Origin: Lama glama | Taxonomy: Eukaryota | Assembly (NCBI GenBank): GCA_028534125.1 | Contig: CM052817.1 | Location: 68,946,001-69,010,000 of the forward strand | Length of the DNA stretch: 64,000 nucleotides | Reading direction: 5' to 3' | In this document: one piece after another, positions 53,170 through 64,000 of the stretch | How positions within the stretch are numbered: the stretch's first letter is position 1 | Layout of the letters: each line of letters opens with the position of its first letter | The notes under the pieces: generated by a model | Told to the model about the DNA's origin: nothing | What the model saw: only the letters and a program-made list of their open reading frames with translations | Databases searched by the model: none | Position numbers and translations under genes: made by a program

Positions 53170-53295
53170 TTAGACTGTGAATTCCCTGAGACTTGAAGAT
53201 AACATTTTTATCAGTCGTCTTTGAATTGCCATTGCCTGGCACGTAATAGGTGCTCAACAAATGTTGGTTAAGTAAAATGTATTTGAATGAGTACA
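53170..53295 (+). mobile_element. L2 3' end
   Basis: 'tagactgtgaattccctgag...gcctggcacgtaataggtgctcaacaaatgttggtt'. Confidence 0.75.
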
Positions 53296-54009
53296 CTTAA
53301 TGTACATGGTGTTCAAAGGGCATGCCACGCTACTCCAGATCTCAAGTCTGTCTTGTGGGCTGGGTCCTCTGCCCTTAATAGCCTTCCCTCTTCTCTGTCT
53401 GACAAAATCACTCTTGTCCTTTATGTTTTTGCTAACAGTCAGTTAATTATTCTGTAGAATATTCCTTGTCTTTCCCAAACACTGTTCATCAGTCCTTTCA
53501 TCCAGAGGTCCACTAGCACGTACCTCACACTACAGTTACTATCTGTGTATCACCTGGTCTTTTCCTCTGAAGGGTGACCTCCTGACGGGTGAGGATCCTG
53601 TTTAGTCGAGCTTTTACTGTAAGTGCTCAGTGCAGGCCTCGCTCGACATGGTGCCCAGTGAGACTGTCTGTCAGAGTTCTGCTCCAACTCTGATGTTAAC
53701 CAGTTGTGGACATTTGAATATGACAATATTTCTTGGCTGCAGTATCTGATCTGAAAACTGAGAGGCTGAACTAGAACTCTGAGTTCACTTCCAGCTGAAG
53801 GCCTTTATTCATCACAGCATCTCTATTTTTTACTGCCCTGCATTTTGGTACTGTCTCCATTTGAGTCTTTTTCATTTACAAATCTGCTTTTCTTCTCTTT
53901 CCCCTATTTTTTCATTCAAAAGTTCTTTTCCCCAACCCATGTCACATGAACATGTTCAAACAGTCAAATACGATATTATTTGCTGAGCTGAGAGAGGTGC
54001 TTGTCAGAT

Positions 54010-54185
54010 ATATAATTTGGACAAGTTACTTAATCTCTACAGCTCAGTCGCCTCATCTGTAAAATGAGGATGGTAATAGTGCATACAACTCACAGGTGGT
54101 TGTGAGGATTCAATTATATAATATTTGTGAAGATTTTTTTTTTTTAGCATCATCTGGTACAGAGTAGGTGCAATTGAGTGTTTAC
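54010..54185 (+). mobile_element. MIR SINE
   Basis: 'ttggacaagttacttaatctctacagctcagtcgcctcatctgtaaaatgaggatggtaatagt...ggttgtgaggattcaat'. Confidence 0.85.
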
Positions 54186-54994
54186 TTTTTAAATAAATAA
54201 CACGTTTCTGTCCTCCATTGTCAAAAGCAGAAGTTGACTGTATCTCTTGCTTTCTAGATTATTATATCTTAGACTTGACTGATATGGTTGCCAGCAAGAC
54301 TTTAGGAAATTATACCAAACTTCTATCATATAATCTAAATTAGAATCCTATTATTTATTTTAAATATCACATTCTTATACTTTTAAAATGCCACTTAGAA
54401 TTTATTTACAGTGGAATATTATGCAGTTCATTCCCTAGTAATCCAAAAGGTGGAGTATAGCTGTTAGTAATGAATAGTTGTTTAATATGAGGCTTTCATC
54501 TTGCTGGTTTCATTATACTTTAAAGTTAGAATGCGCACATTTATGGGCCATTGTGAAATGTATTAGTCTTTAGAAGACGAGAGGGATGAAAGGTTTTTAG
54601 AACTGGTTTTGGCCAGATTTACACAGTACCCTTGAACACTTTTTCCAAGTAAGACACAAATCTGCTAAGTAACCTTACTGTAGTAGTATCCAAAAGACCA
54701 TAAGAAATGTTGGTGGAAGACTATTTTATTTCAAAGCAGTTTTCAATTTGTGCTAAATTTAGCTCTCCTGTTCATGAAGTGGAAATATCTTTTTAAAGTC
54801 TAACCACCCAATAGTCATGTACAGTATGTCTCATTGGAGGGAAACTATGATTGTGTGTTCACTACCAAATGAGATGGTGTGTATGTTGGGTATGGAGGAT
54901 ACAGCAGCAAAAGTTTAATTTATACACAATGAAATCCAGGGGCACTTAATTTTTATAAACAAATTTAGCAAGAAATCATGTTTTCTTTTTTTAG

Positions 54995-55077
54995 GAATTA
55001 CGCAGCCTTTAATAAAGCAAGATGGACCATGAAGAGTACTGGGAGAAATGGGAAGGTCTCAGATCTGGCAGCATAAG
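54995..55077 (+). other. Candidate 83-nt exon (strong acceptor and donor) containing a Kozak-context ATG; unverified
   Basis: ttttctttttttag|G acceptor; AAG|gtaagt consensus donor; gcaagATGG at 55022 open to the donor (MDHEEYWEKWEGLRSGSI). Peptide not recognised. Confidence 0.3.
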
Positions 55078-58000
55078 GTAAGTTATTTTATCTCTTTGGG
55101 CTGTGCTCTCCACATCTATAAGACAACTTATATGAATAATATTGCTGTTTGGAAGAAAGATCATAGGAAGAGGGCTTGAGCAAGGAGCTCGGTTGAGAGA
55201 CTGTTGCAATAGCCCAGCTGAGATTTCACACATCAGGCACAGCTCACAACTTTGCAATGTCCTTGTATTCACCTACTGAATAAGAATGGATGATTTTGTC
55301 AATAAGTGGAGGAGGAGCTCACGACAGCATGTGGTCAGTATATTCTGATCGAGTCTTGATTTATTCTTAATAAAGTACATTTCTTAGTATAGATATCTCA
55401 GAACAATGCAAGAAATGCGGTTGTGTCAATAAGTTATTTCAGATTATTCCTGTAGTTGTGGTGGAAATCTGTGGATTTGATTATTATGAATCTCTGTGCA
55501 GCTTTCTTTGTTGTTGATAAAATGCTTAAGCAAATTTCAGGGCTGAAGTTCTCAAAGTAATTGCCTTTGACCAGCTCCTAAGCCTGAGTTCCTGCCTACT
55601 GACATGACTAGTATAAATCACTGCTATTTAGAGAGCCTCCATAATGCATTTTGCAGAGCAAAGAAATGAGAAGGAAGAGATTTGAATGGTTTTTAAAATA
55701 ATAATGTTTTAAAATAATGATATTTTAACTTCTGGGACAAAGATACATTTAAGTAAGTGAACTATAATCCAACAGGAAGTCAATTGTCTGTCCATTCATA
55801 GAAGTGGCCACCTAGATGTTCATCCTACAGAGAAGATAGCTGGAATGTCTGGCATCTTTGAGAACTAGAAAGTGGTTTGTGCAGCTGCGTCTCCCACTAT
55901 TTTGGCCTGTCAAACTGTGATTTGCTTTACCTTCATGCAGCCTTCCTGCTTGATTCTGACAATAGCCAACCCAATAACCCACTTACTACTTGCTTACATA
56001 TCTTATTGGTAATGTGTTTGAGAAATATTTCTGATATTGACATTATATCTGGGAACTAGTTCTAAACAATGTAGGAAGGAAAGAGATGTAAGGCTGGCTG
56101 TACACATAATTCTTGAAGCTGGGCAAGTCAGTTGAGATTCATTCTCTCATCCTATATTTTTCTATACGCTTGAAGTTTTATATAATAAAAAATAATATAT
56201 GATTTACATGCTTTTAGGCTTGTATGTATCTAAAAGTGTGTTTGTATGTCCATCTTTAGCTCTTAACTGTAGTCTCTTGAATCATGGGGATGGTAAATCT
56301 TATTTTCAACTAAGTCAGTAGTTGGTGGGGACACAGATATTATATGTACTCATTGCTAGAGGAGATATTAAAAAGCATAGAACCCTGCACTCCAATTCCT
56401 TGTATTCTAGCTGAGAAAATCACTACATGCAAAAAATCTTGAAAGTGGAATACTAATACCAAATTTAAATAACATTTTAATAGAAAAATAGGGGAGTTAA
56501 GACACCATGAAAAATTCTCAATAAATTATATAGCCTACAATTGCTCTGTTTCAGCTGAGGGAAAGATCACTGTACTCTAGAGGAAGTTTTATTTATTTAG
56601 GTAAATGGATTTAAGCTGATTCTTAAAAGATAAGCCTTAGGTAAGTAGAGAGAAAAGGGAAAACTTTTTAACCTAATAAAAAGAAAAGAGGAAAAAAAAG
56701 AGGGGGGATATGTTTAGTCACCTGAAAGCCTAAGTTTTTAAGTGAGTAAATAAGTTCTAGAAATAATGAAACTTTAGAGATTTATCTACTTTGGAGGGCT
56801 GAAGTTTAGATTAAAGAATTTAAGCTTTATTCTTGGGCAGCAGAGAGCCACAAAAAGTGTTTTGCAAGGAAGTGGTTTTACCAAATAAACACATAGTAAA
56901 ATGAATATAGTGATGAGATTGATTGAGGTAGAGATTGATGGGAGAAAGAATGAAAAGAATAAATAGGATTATTGCAATATTCTGTTAGAAGGTTAGCAGA
57001 GGAAATGGAAACAAGGACCCAATGTCGAGGGCATATTGTCAGGCCTTTGAGCTCAATCAGATGTGAGTCTAGGAAAGCGACTTTCCCTGAAGTCTCCCCT
57101 ATTTCTAGTGTATCCTACTTAGTAAAGTGGATATGTTTTCTACAAGTTTCAATTGGCAAATATTTAGCAATTTCCAAAATAGATGGAGGAGAGTGGGAGT
57201 GACTATCAGGGATGCCAGGTGTCAAAACTAGTCAGTAGATGTTGTTTCAGTTCGTCTGTTAACTCTAAGTTTATTAATGACATTCGTGAATGTGGGAAGT
57301 TCTGTGTTGTGTGTAGTGCTGGCACCTCTGCTTCTTTGAACCGTCCCACAGGGGCTATTTTATCCGGTTCTATGGAAACAGAGTATTTGGTATAAGAATA
57401 GGAATTTGAGCAACCACAAACCAAATTTATGTGCTTATTCTGAGATATTCATTCCAGGGAAAGGCCTGCTGGGCTGGGCTAATACATACTTTTTAGATTT
57501 TTCCACAGATTTTAATGAGCCAACACCAATTCTGGCACTGAAATCTCCGCGGTATACAAAATGCGTTATGGGAAACAATTTTTCTAGGGCTGCCAGACTA
57601 GTGGGTAAAACATACTACACATCTGTTGGGCCTACAGTTTGCCATGTGTTGGGTGATATGTCAGCCTGCAGACTGGATGAATACTCTGTGTAGTAATAGC
57701 TTGTAGTGGGGCAGGTGTCAGGGTTTGGATTTTGACCTCCAGGCAGGTGGATTCAAAGATAAACTCATCCCCTTGTTCTCAACTCAAGGAGTCTGAGAAC
57801 ACAAACTTCATTTTCTTTAGAGTCATTTTGAACTTTATCCAACGTATCCAGTGTATCTGCCATACACTTGAAGAGAAGAAAAGCTGTTTTTCCCACATGA
57901 TTTTAAGGTTTTTCAAAGTGTTCAGTAAGTAATGTGTTGTCCAATAAGGGTACCATTTCTCATAAATAAAAAGTATCTAGTTTTTTTTGCAAGAAAGAAA

Positions 58001-58339
58001 ATAATTCCACGTAATAAAATTTATTTCTCAATCTGTGAGATTCTAGGAAAAGCAATTAAATATGTAATCAGATTAAATATATAATCTTATTCAGAATCTT
58101 GTATATATTTATATAAATTCATTTGGTAGTTATATTTTATCCAAATTCTAAAATATGACCTGTGGATTCTGTCAAAATCACGTAATCTGCCTCATTAGTT
58201 TTTAGGTTGTCTAACTAACCATTTACTCTAATACAGGAGATTATTTAGTAGATTTTTTTCCCCATTAATTTTCCACAAAAAGGAAGCAGGCTTGGCAGGC
58301 TGCGTAATGTAGAAGTAAACATCAGTGAATTAGCAGTGA

Positions 58340-59290
58340 ATTGATTTGAAAAGTCCAAGGGGAAGGTGATGAGTAAATGTAGAGTCCCTAGCAGCTACTA
58401 GAGTAGTTGTAGCAAGAGCCTTGAATAATTAATCAATTTTCTATAAATTCACCCCAATTAACTAAGAAAAATTTCCTGTTAGCTAAAACTGAAACATTGG
58501 ATCTAAAAGTCAAAACAGAAGATGACTTGAGAAATGAAAGGAAAAAGAGGAGGAAGACTTGTATAAGAATAGGAGGAGTAAAGCAGACAGATGTATAAAA
58601 ATTGCTTTATCCTCAGACCCTTTTCTTGGTACTTTCCATAACTTATTTAATTATATAGCAACGTAACATGATAATGTTTTTCCAAGCCAAAAGAGAGAAT
58701 CCATTAGAATTTGGTGAGAAGAGGACCAATGGCAGACACATTTTTATGGATGACTAGAGAAGAGGAACTTGCAAAAAAGCATGAGAAGAGCATTCTGAGA
58801 GGGAAGAGAGTCAAGATAGAGTGAGCAATGGCGAAGGGAGGTGGTCAACAGCATAAACTTTGTAGATTAGTCAGTGACTGCAGGGTATAAGAAAAATCTA
58901 CTTGTTTGGACAAGTAAGAAGTTGGAGATGTTGAAGAAAGTGGGACAAAGGTGGGACAGAATATAAATTGCAGATGGTTAAGGAATAAGTATATGATGAG
59001 GGAGTGGAGAAGAAAACTAATTCTGCGAAAAGAAGAATTGCTCATAGCTTGACGATGCAGCAGTAAAGGAATGTGTCAATGGAGGGGACTCATTGATGAT
59101 GTGGGAAATTGAAATGGGAATAAAATGATGGGAAAAGCACTAATGGAATGAAAAGGCCAGCTGGAGGATTAGCATTGCAAAGACACCATGTTAAAAAATA
59201 AAAAAAAGTTCAGAGTATTTACACTGCAGGAACTCTGTCTTCTGAGTGAAGTAAGAGGTAAAATCAACTGCTGAGAATGAGGGATGCAAT
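58340..59290 (-). mobile_element. L2 fragment
   Basis: Purine-rich reverse-strand L2 texture: 'ggagatgttgaagaaagtgggacaaaggtgggacagaatataaattgcagatggttaaggaataagt', 'aaaatcaactgctgagaatgaggg'. Confidence 0.6.
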
Positions 59291-59632
59291 ACATCTTGTA
59301 TTTCTGAAATAAAATGGCTATGTATTATATTTTATGAGAGACTGCTGGATTCAATTTGCTAAACCTTAATTTAGGTTTAAGAATTTAGCACTTACATTCA
59401 TTCAGTGAGGTTGGCTTGCTTAATTTTTTGAATATCTTATAGGGTTTTGGCATTAATCATAATAATAGCTATTTTTCAAACATTTTATGTATGTGAAAAT
59501 TATCTGTTCCTTCAGAGTTTAAGAGCTCATTTGTAAAGGTTTTGAGGTGGGTACAGTTTCAGAACGAAGTTCTTGGAAAAAAACTTTAGCTTCTATCCTG
59601 ATTATAATTTCACTCAGGTCTTCTATTTCTTT

Positions 59633-61964
59633 TTCTTGTTTTTTTTTACTTGAAGTATAATTTATTTACAATGTTGTAATAGTTTTTAGGTGCACCACAA
59701 AGTGATTCAGTTATGTGTGTGTGTGTGTGTGTGTGTGTATGTTCATATATATGTTCTTTTTCAGATTCTTTTCCCTTATAGGTTATTACAAGGTAATGAA
59801 TATAGTCCCCTGTGCTATAAGTAGGTCCTTGTTGTTTAGTTTATATATAGTAGGGTGTATCTGCTAATCCTAAACTCCTAATTTATCCTTTCCTCCACCC
59901 TCCCTTTCCCCTCTGGGAACCAAAATATTTTTTATTATGTCTATGAGTCTATTTCTGTTTTGTAAATAAGTTTATTTTTATCATTTTTTAGACTCCACAT
60001 ATAAATGATATTGTGTGATATTTGTCTTTCTCAGATTTACTTCACTTAGTATGAAACTCTATAGGTCCATCCATATTGTTGTGAATGGCATTGTTTCATT
60101 TTTTTAATGGCTGAGTAATCTTCTATTGTATGTATATGCCACATCTTCCTTATCTGTTCAGCTGTTGATGGACATTTAGGTTGCTTCCATGCTTGGCTAT
60201 TGTAAATAGTGCCACTGTGAACATTGGGGTGCATGTATCTTTTTGTTTTAGAGTTTTCTCTGGTTATATGCCCAGGAGTGGAATTGCTGGATCATATGGT
60301 AATTTGATTTGCTCTATTTTCAGCTTTTTAAGGAACCTCTATACTGTTCTCCATAGTGGCTACACCAGTTTACATTCCCACCAACAGTATAGGAGGGTTC
60401 TCTTTTCTCTATACCCTCTCCAGCATTTATTATTTGTAGCCTTTTTGGTAATGACCATTCTGACTGGCGTGGGGTGATACCTCATTGCAGTTTTGATTTG
60501 CATTTCTTTAATAATTAGCAATGTTGAACACCTCTTCATGTACCTGTTGGCCATCTGTGCATATCTTTGCAGAAATGTCTATTTAGGTCTTCTGCCCATT
60601 TTTTGATTGGGTGGTTGGTTTGTTTTGATACTGAGCTGTATGAACTGTTTGTGTAATTTGGAAATTAACCCTTTGTCAGCTGCATCATTTGCCAATATTT
60701 TATCCCAACTTAGGTTGTCTTTTCATTTTATTTATGGTTTTCTTTACTGTGCAAAGCTTTTAAATTTAATTGGATCCCATTTGCTTATTTTTGCTTTTAT
60801 TTCCTTTGCTTCAGGAGACATCCAAAAAATATTACTGTGAGTTATGTTTTTCTGTAAGAGTTTTATAGTATCCAGTCTTATATTTAGGTCTTTAATCCAT
60901 TTTGAGTTTATTTTTGTATATGGTCTTACAGAATTTTCTAATTTCATTCATTTACATGTAGCTGTTCCATTTCCCCAACACCACTTATTGAAGACACTGT
61001 CTTTTCTCCATTGTATACTCTTGCTTCCTTTGTCATAGATTAATTGACCATAAGTGTGTGGGTTTATTTCTGGACTTTGTATCCTGTTCCACTGATCTAT
61101 GTGTTTTTGTGCCAGTACCAGACTGTTTTGATGACTGTAGCTTTGAAGTGTAGTCTGAAGTCAGGGAGCGTGATTCCTCCAGCTCCATTTTTCTTCCTCA
61201 AGATTGTTTTGGTTATTGGGGTCTTTTGTGTTTCCATATAAATTTAAATTTTTTTTGATTCCAGTTCTGTGAAAGATGTCATTGGTAATTTGATAGGGAT
61301 TGCATTGATCCCGTGGATGGCTGTGCTAAGTTTGGTCATTTTAACAGTATTGATTCTGCCCATCCAAGAATCCATCTGTGGGTGGCCTTTTAAATATGAT
61401 GAAAGAAACTGAAGATACTTCAGTTTCTTTCATCAGCATCTTATATGTTTTGGAGTACAGGTCTTATGCCTCCTTAGGTAGGTTTATTTCAAGGTATTTC
61501 ATTCTTTTTGATGTAGTGGTAAATGGGATCATTTCCTTAACTTCTCTTCCTGATACTTTGCTAGTGTATAGAAATGCAATAGATTTCTATATATTAATTT
61601 TGTATCCTACAGCTTTACCAAATTAATTGATGAGCTGTAGTATTCTGGTGACTTCTTTAGGATTTTCTGTGTTTAGTAGCATGTCATCTGTAAACAGTGG
61701 CAATTTTACTTCTTTCTTTCCAATTTAGATTCCATTAATTTTGTTTTCTTCTCTGATTGCTGTGCTAGGACTTCCAAAACTATGTTGAAAAAAGTGGCGA
61801 GAGTGTGCATCCTTGTCTTGTTTCTGATATTAGAGGGAATGCTTTCAACCTTTCATCATTGACTGTGATGTAAACTGTAGGTTTGTCATTTATGGCCTTT
61901 ATTATGTTGAGGTATGTTCCCTCTCTGCCCACTTTCTGAAAAGATTTTATCATAATTGGTTGTT
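59633..61964 (-). mobile_element. 5'-truncated cetartiodactyl/camelid-type LINE-1 (~2.3 kb), inserted in an older L1M; internal (TG)n at ~59714-59738
   Basis: ORF2 C-terminal remnants: 60046-60234 '[14 protein letters not shown]', 60360-60554 '[28 protein letters not shown]...NKCWRG', 60744-60947 'PYTKINSKWIKDLNIR'. 17-bp TSD aggtcttctatttcttt (59616-59632) / aggctttctatttcttt (61965-61981). Confidence 0.95.
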
Positions 61965-62244
61965 AGGCTTTCTATTTCTTTGTGTCTTTGTAAAATGATC
62001 ATGTTGTTATTTTTCATTTTCTCACTGATGCAAGAGTTATCTAAGAATCTTTTAAAATTTCCTAGTGATTATTTATTTTAAAATTTAATTTCTTATTCAT
62101 TTTAAAATTTAATTCATTTGTAATCACAAATGAGACCTGCACAACTTCCATTATTAGGAATTATTGATATGTGGCTTGATATAAAATAGGTATGTAAATA
62201 AGTATCATATATATATGTATATATGTGTGTGTATATATATATGT

Positions 62245-63390
62245 AACCTGAAAATGATTGAAGACCTAACCATGAGGTAAACTATAAACCTCTTGGAGGA
62301 AACCATAGGGCAAAAGCTTCATGGAACTGGATTTGACAATGATTTCTTAGATATGACACCAAAAACACAGTTATAACAAAAGAAAAAAATAGATAAGTTG
62401 GACTTCATTGAAACTAAAAACTTCTGTTCATTAAAGGACACAATTAACATATTTAAAAGGCCACCCACAGAATGGGAAAAAATATTTACTAGTCATATAT
62501 CTGATAAGGGATTCATATCTGGAATATATAAAGAAGTATAATTCAACAACAATAAGAACAACTGAATTTAAAAATGGGCAAAGAATTTGGACAGAAAATT
62601 CACAAAAAGGTATAAAAAGGCCAACATGAATATGAGTATAAATTGCCAGTTCATGGGGAATATCAAAGTCACAAATGTGAGATCCTACTTCCTACCTATT
62701 AGAATGGCTGTTATGAAAAAATCAAGAGATAAATGTTGGTGAGAATATGGAGAAATTGGAATACTTGTGCTTTGCTGGTGGGAATGTAAAATGGTACAGC
62801 AACTTTGAAAAAGTGTTAAAGTTATTCAAAACCTTTAACATAGAATTGACATATTACCCTGAAATTCTGCTTCTGGGTACATACCCTAAAGAAGTGAAAG
62901 CACGGGGAGTCAGACAGGTATTTGTACACACATGTGCATAGCAGCATTAATCACAATAGTCAATAGGTGGAAGCAACCCAAGCATTTGTCAGTAGATGAA
63001 TGGATAAATATATGTGCAATGAAATAATAATTAGCCTTAAAAAGAAAGGAAGTTCTCACACATGTTGCAGCATATATGAACCTTGAGGACATTATGCTAA
63101 ATGAAATAAACCAGTCATAAAGAGACAAATGCTATATGATTCCTTTTATATAAAGTTTCTAGAGTAATCCAATTCATAGAGATAGAAAATAGAATGTTTG
63201 TTTCCAGAGGCTGGAGGGAGGAAAAAATTGGGAGTTAGTGTTTAATGGGTATGGAATTTCAGTTGGGGATGATGAAAAACCTCTGGAGACAAATGGTGGT
63301 GATGGTTGCACAAAATGTGAATGTACAGAACTGTAGACATAAAAATGGTTAAAATGATAAATTTTATGTTATACATTTTAGATAACAACA
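62245..63390 (+). mobile_element. L1MB-like 3' portion (~1.1 kb)
   Basis: ORF 62747-62941 'EKLEYLCFAGGNVKWYSNFE...NIELTYYPEILLLGTYPKEVK' (ORF2 C-terminus) and L1MB 3'UTR 'ggtggtgatggttgcacaaaatgtgaatgtac...aaaaatggttaaaatgataaattttatgttat'. Confidence 0.9.
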
Positions 63391-64000
63391 ATACGTTTAT
63401 TCAAAAATACTGTTGATGCTAAAAGCAAAAAATAAAAATAATGGTTTTCATGTTATATAAAAGAGTAAACAAAGACAACAGCAAAGAGGAATTAAAGACA
63501 AACTGTAACAAGTTAACAGAGTGTGACGGAGAAATGATATGGTATATCTGGATGATATAATTAATAGGAAATTTAAAATTTTAGTCTACCCTGTAGCCTA
63601 CAGTGTATACACACAAGAAACATATATCCTTTTTCAAAGGATGAAATTTTTTTGTGCAGTTCAGGGCATTTTCTAAAATATTCCTGAATTTCTTACAGGG
63701 AAATAGTGAAATACTTCAGCATTCACCAAAATTAACTAAGTAAAACTCATCTTTATTTTTAAAAATTTAAGGCAGATTCAGTGATCTTCCAAAGAAGAAC
63801 CAAAATCACCTGCCCAATGAGTCATGGTTGTGTGATGTTTTCATTATGTAATGGTGAATAATCCACAATGATGTAACACTAAAGAGGAACTAAGGACCCA
63901 CATGCTCAGAATGCGTGGTCATCTCTCAGAACTGACAGATGCTACATCTAAACAGTTGTCTTTCTGATTGCTGAGATTCATCTAAGACAAGAATCAAGAA

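Overview
AT-rich, CpG-poor eutherian genomic DNA, most likely from a camelid: it carries a Vic-1-like tRNA-derived SINE and cetartiodactyl-type L1 3' ends. Much of the window is decayed transposable elements. These include a near full-length ancient L1 (~0.6-7.1 kb), several truncated and nested L1s (almost all on the - strand), MLT1/MLT2 and ERV1-type solo LTRs, L2, MIR, a probable CR1/L3 and hAT/Charlie remnants. There are two assembly gaps (500 N and 100 N). I recognise no intact protein-coding gene, RNA gene or CRISPR array. The listed ORFs are L1 ORF2 or hAT transposase debris, gap artefacts, or chance ORFs. The region looks like the interior of a large intron of a + strand gene (inferred from L1 strand bias and + strand splice-like signals) or intergenic DNA. 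The best leads are a repeat-poor 40-47 kb interval with an SRF/RFX/CRE/E-box motif cluster, an exon-like cassette with a Kozak ATG at ~55.0 kb, and an unexplained 191-bp insertion bounded by a 9-bp direct repeat. I found no evidence of a new biological system. Repeat subfamily names are recalled from consensus sequences, not from a search, and most repeat boundaries are approximate.
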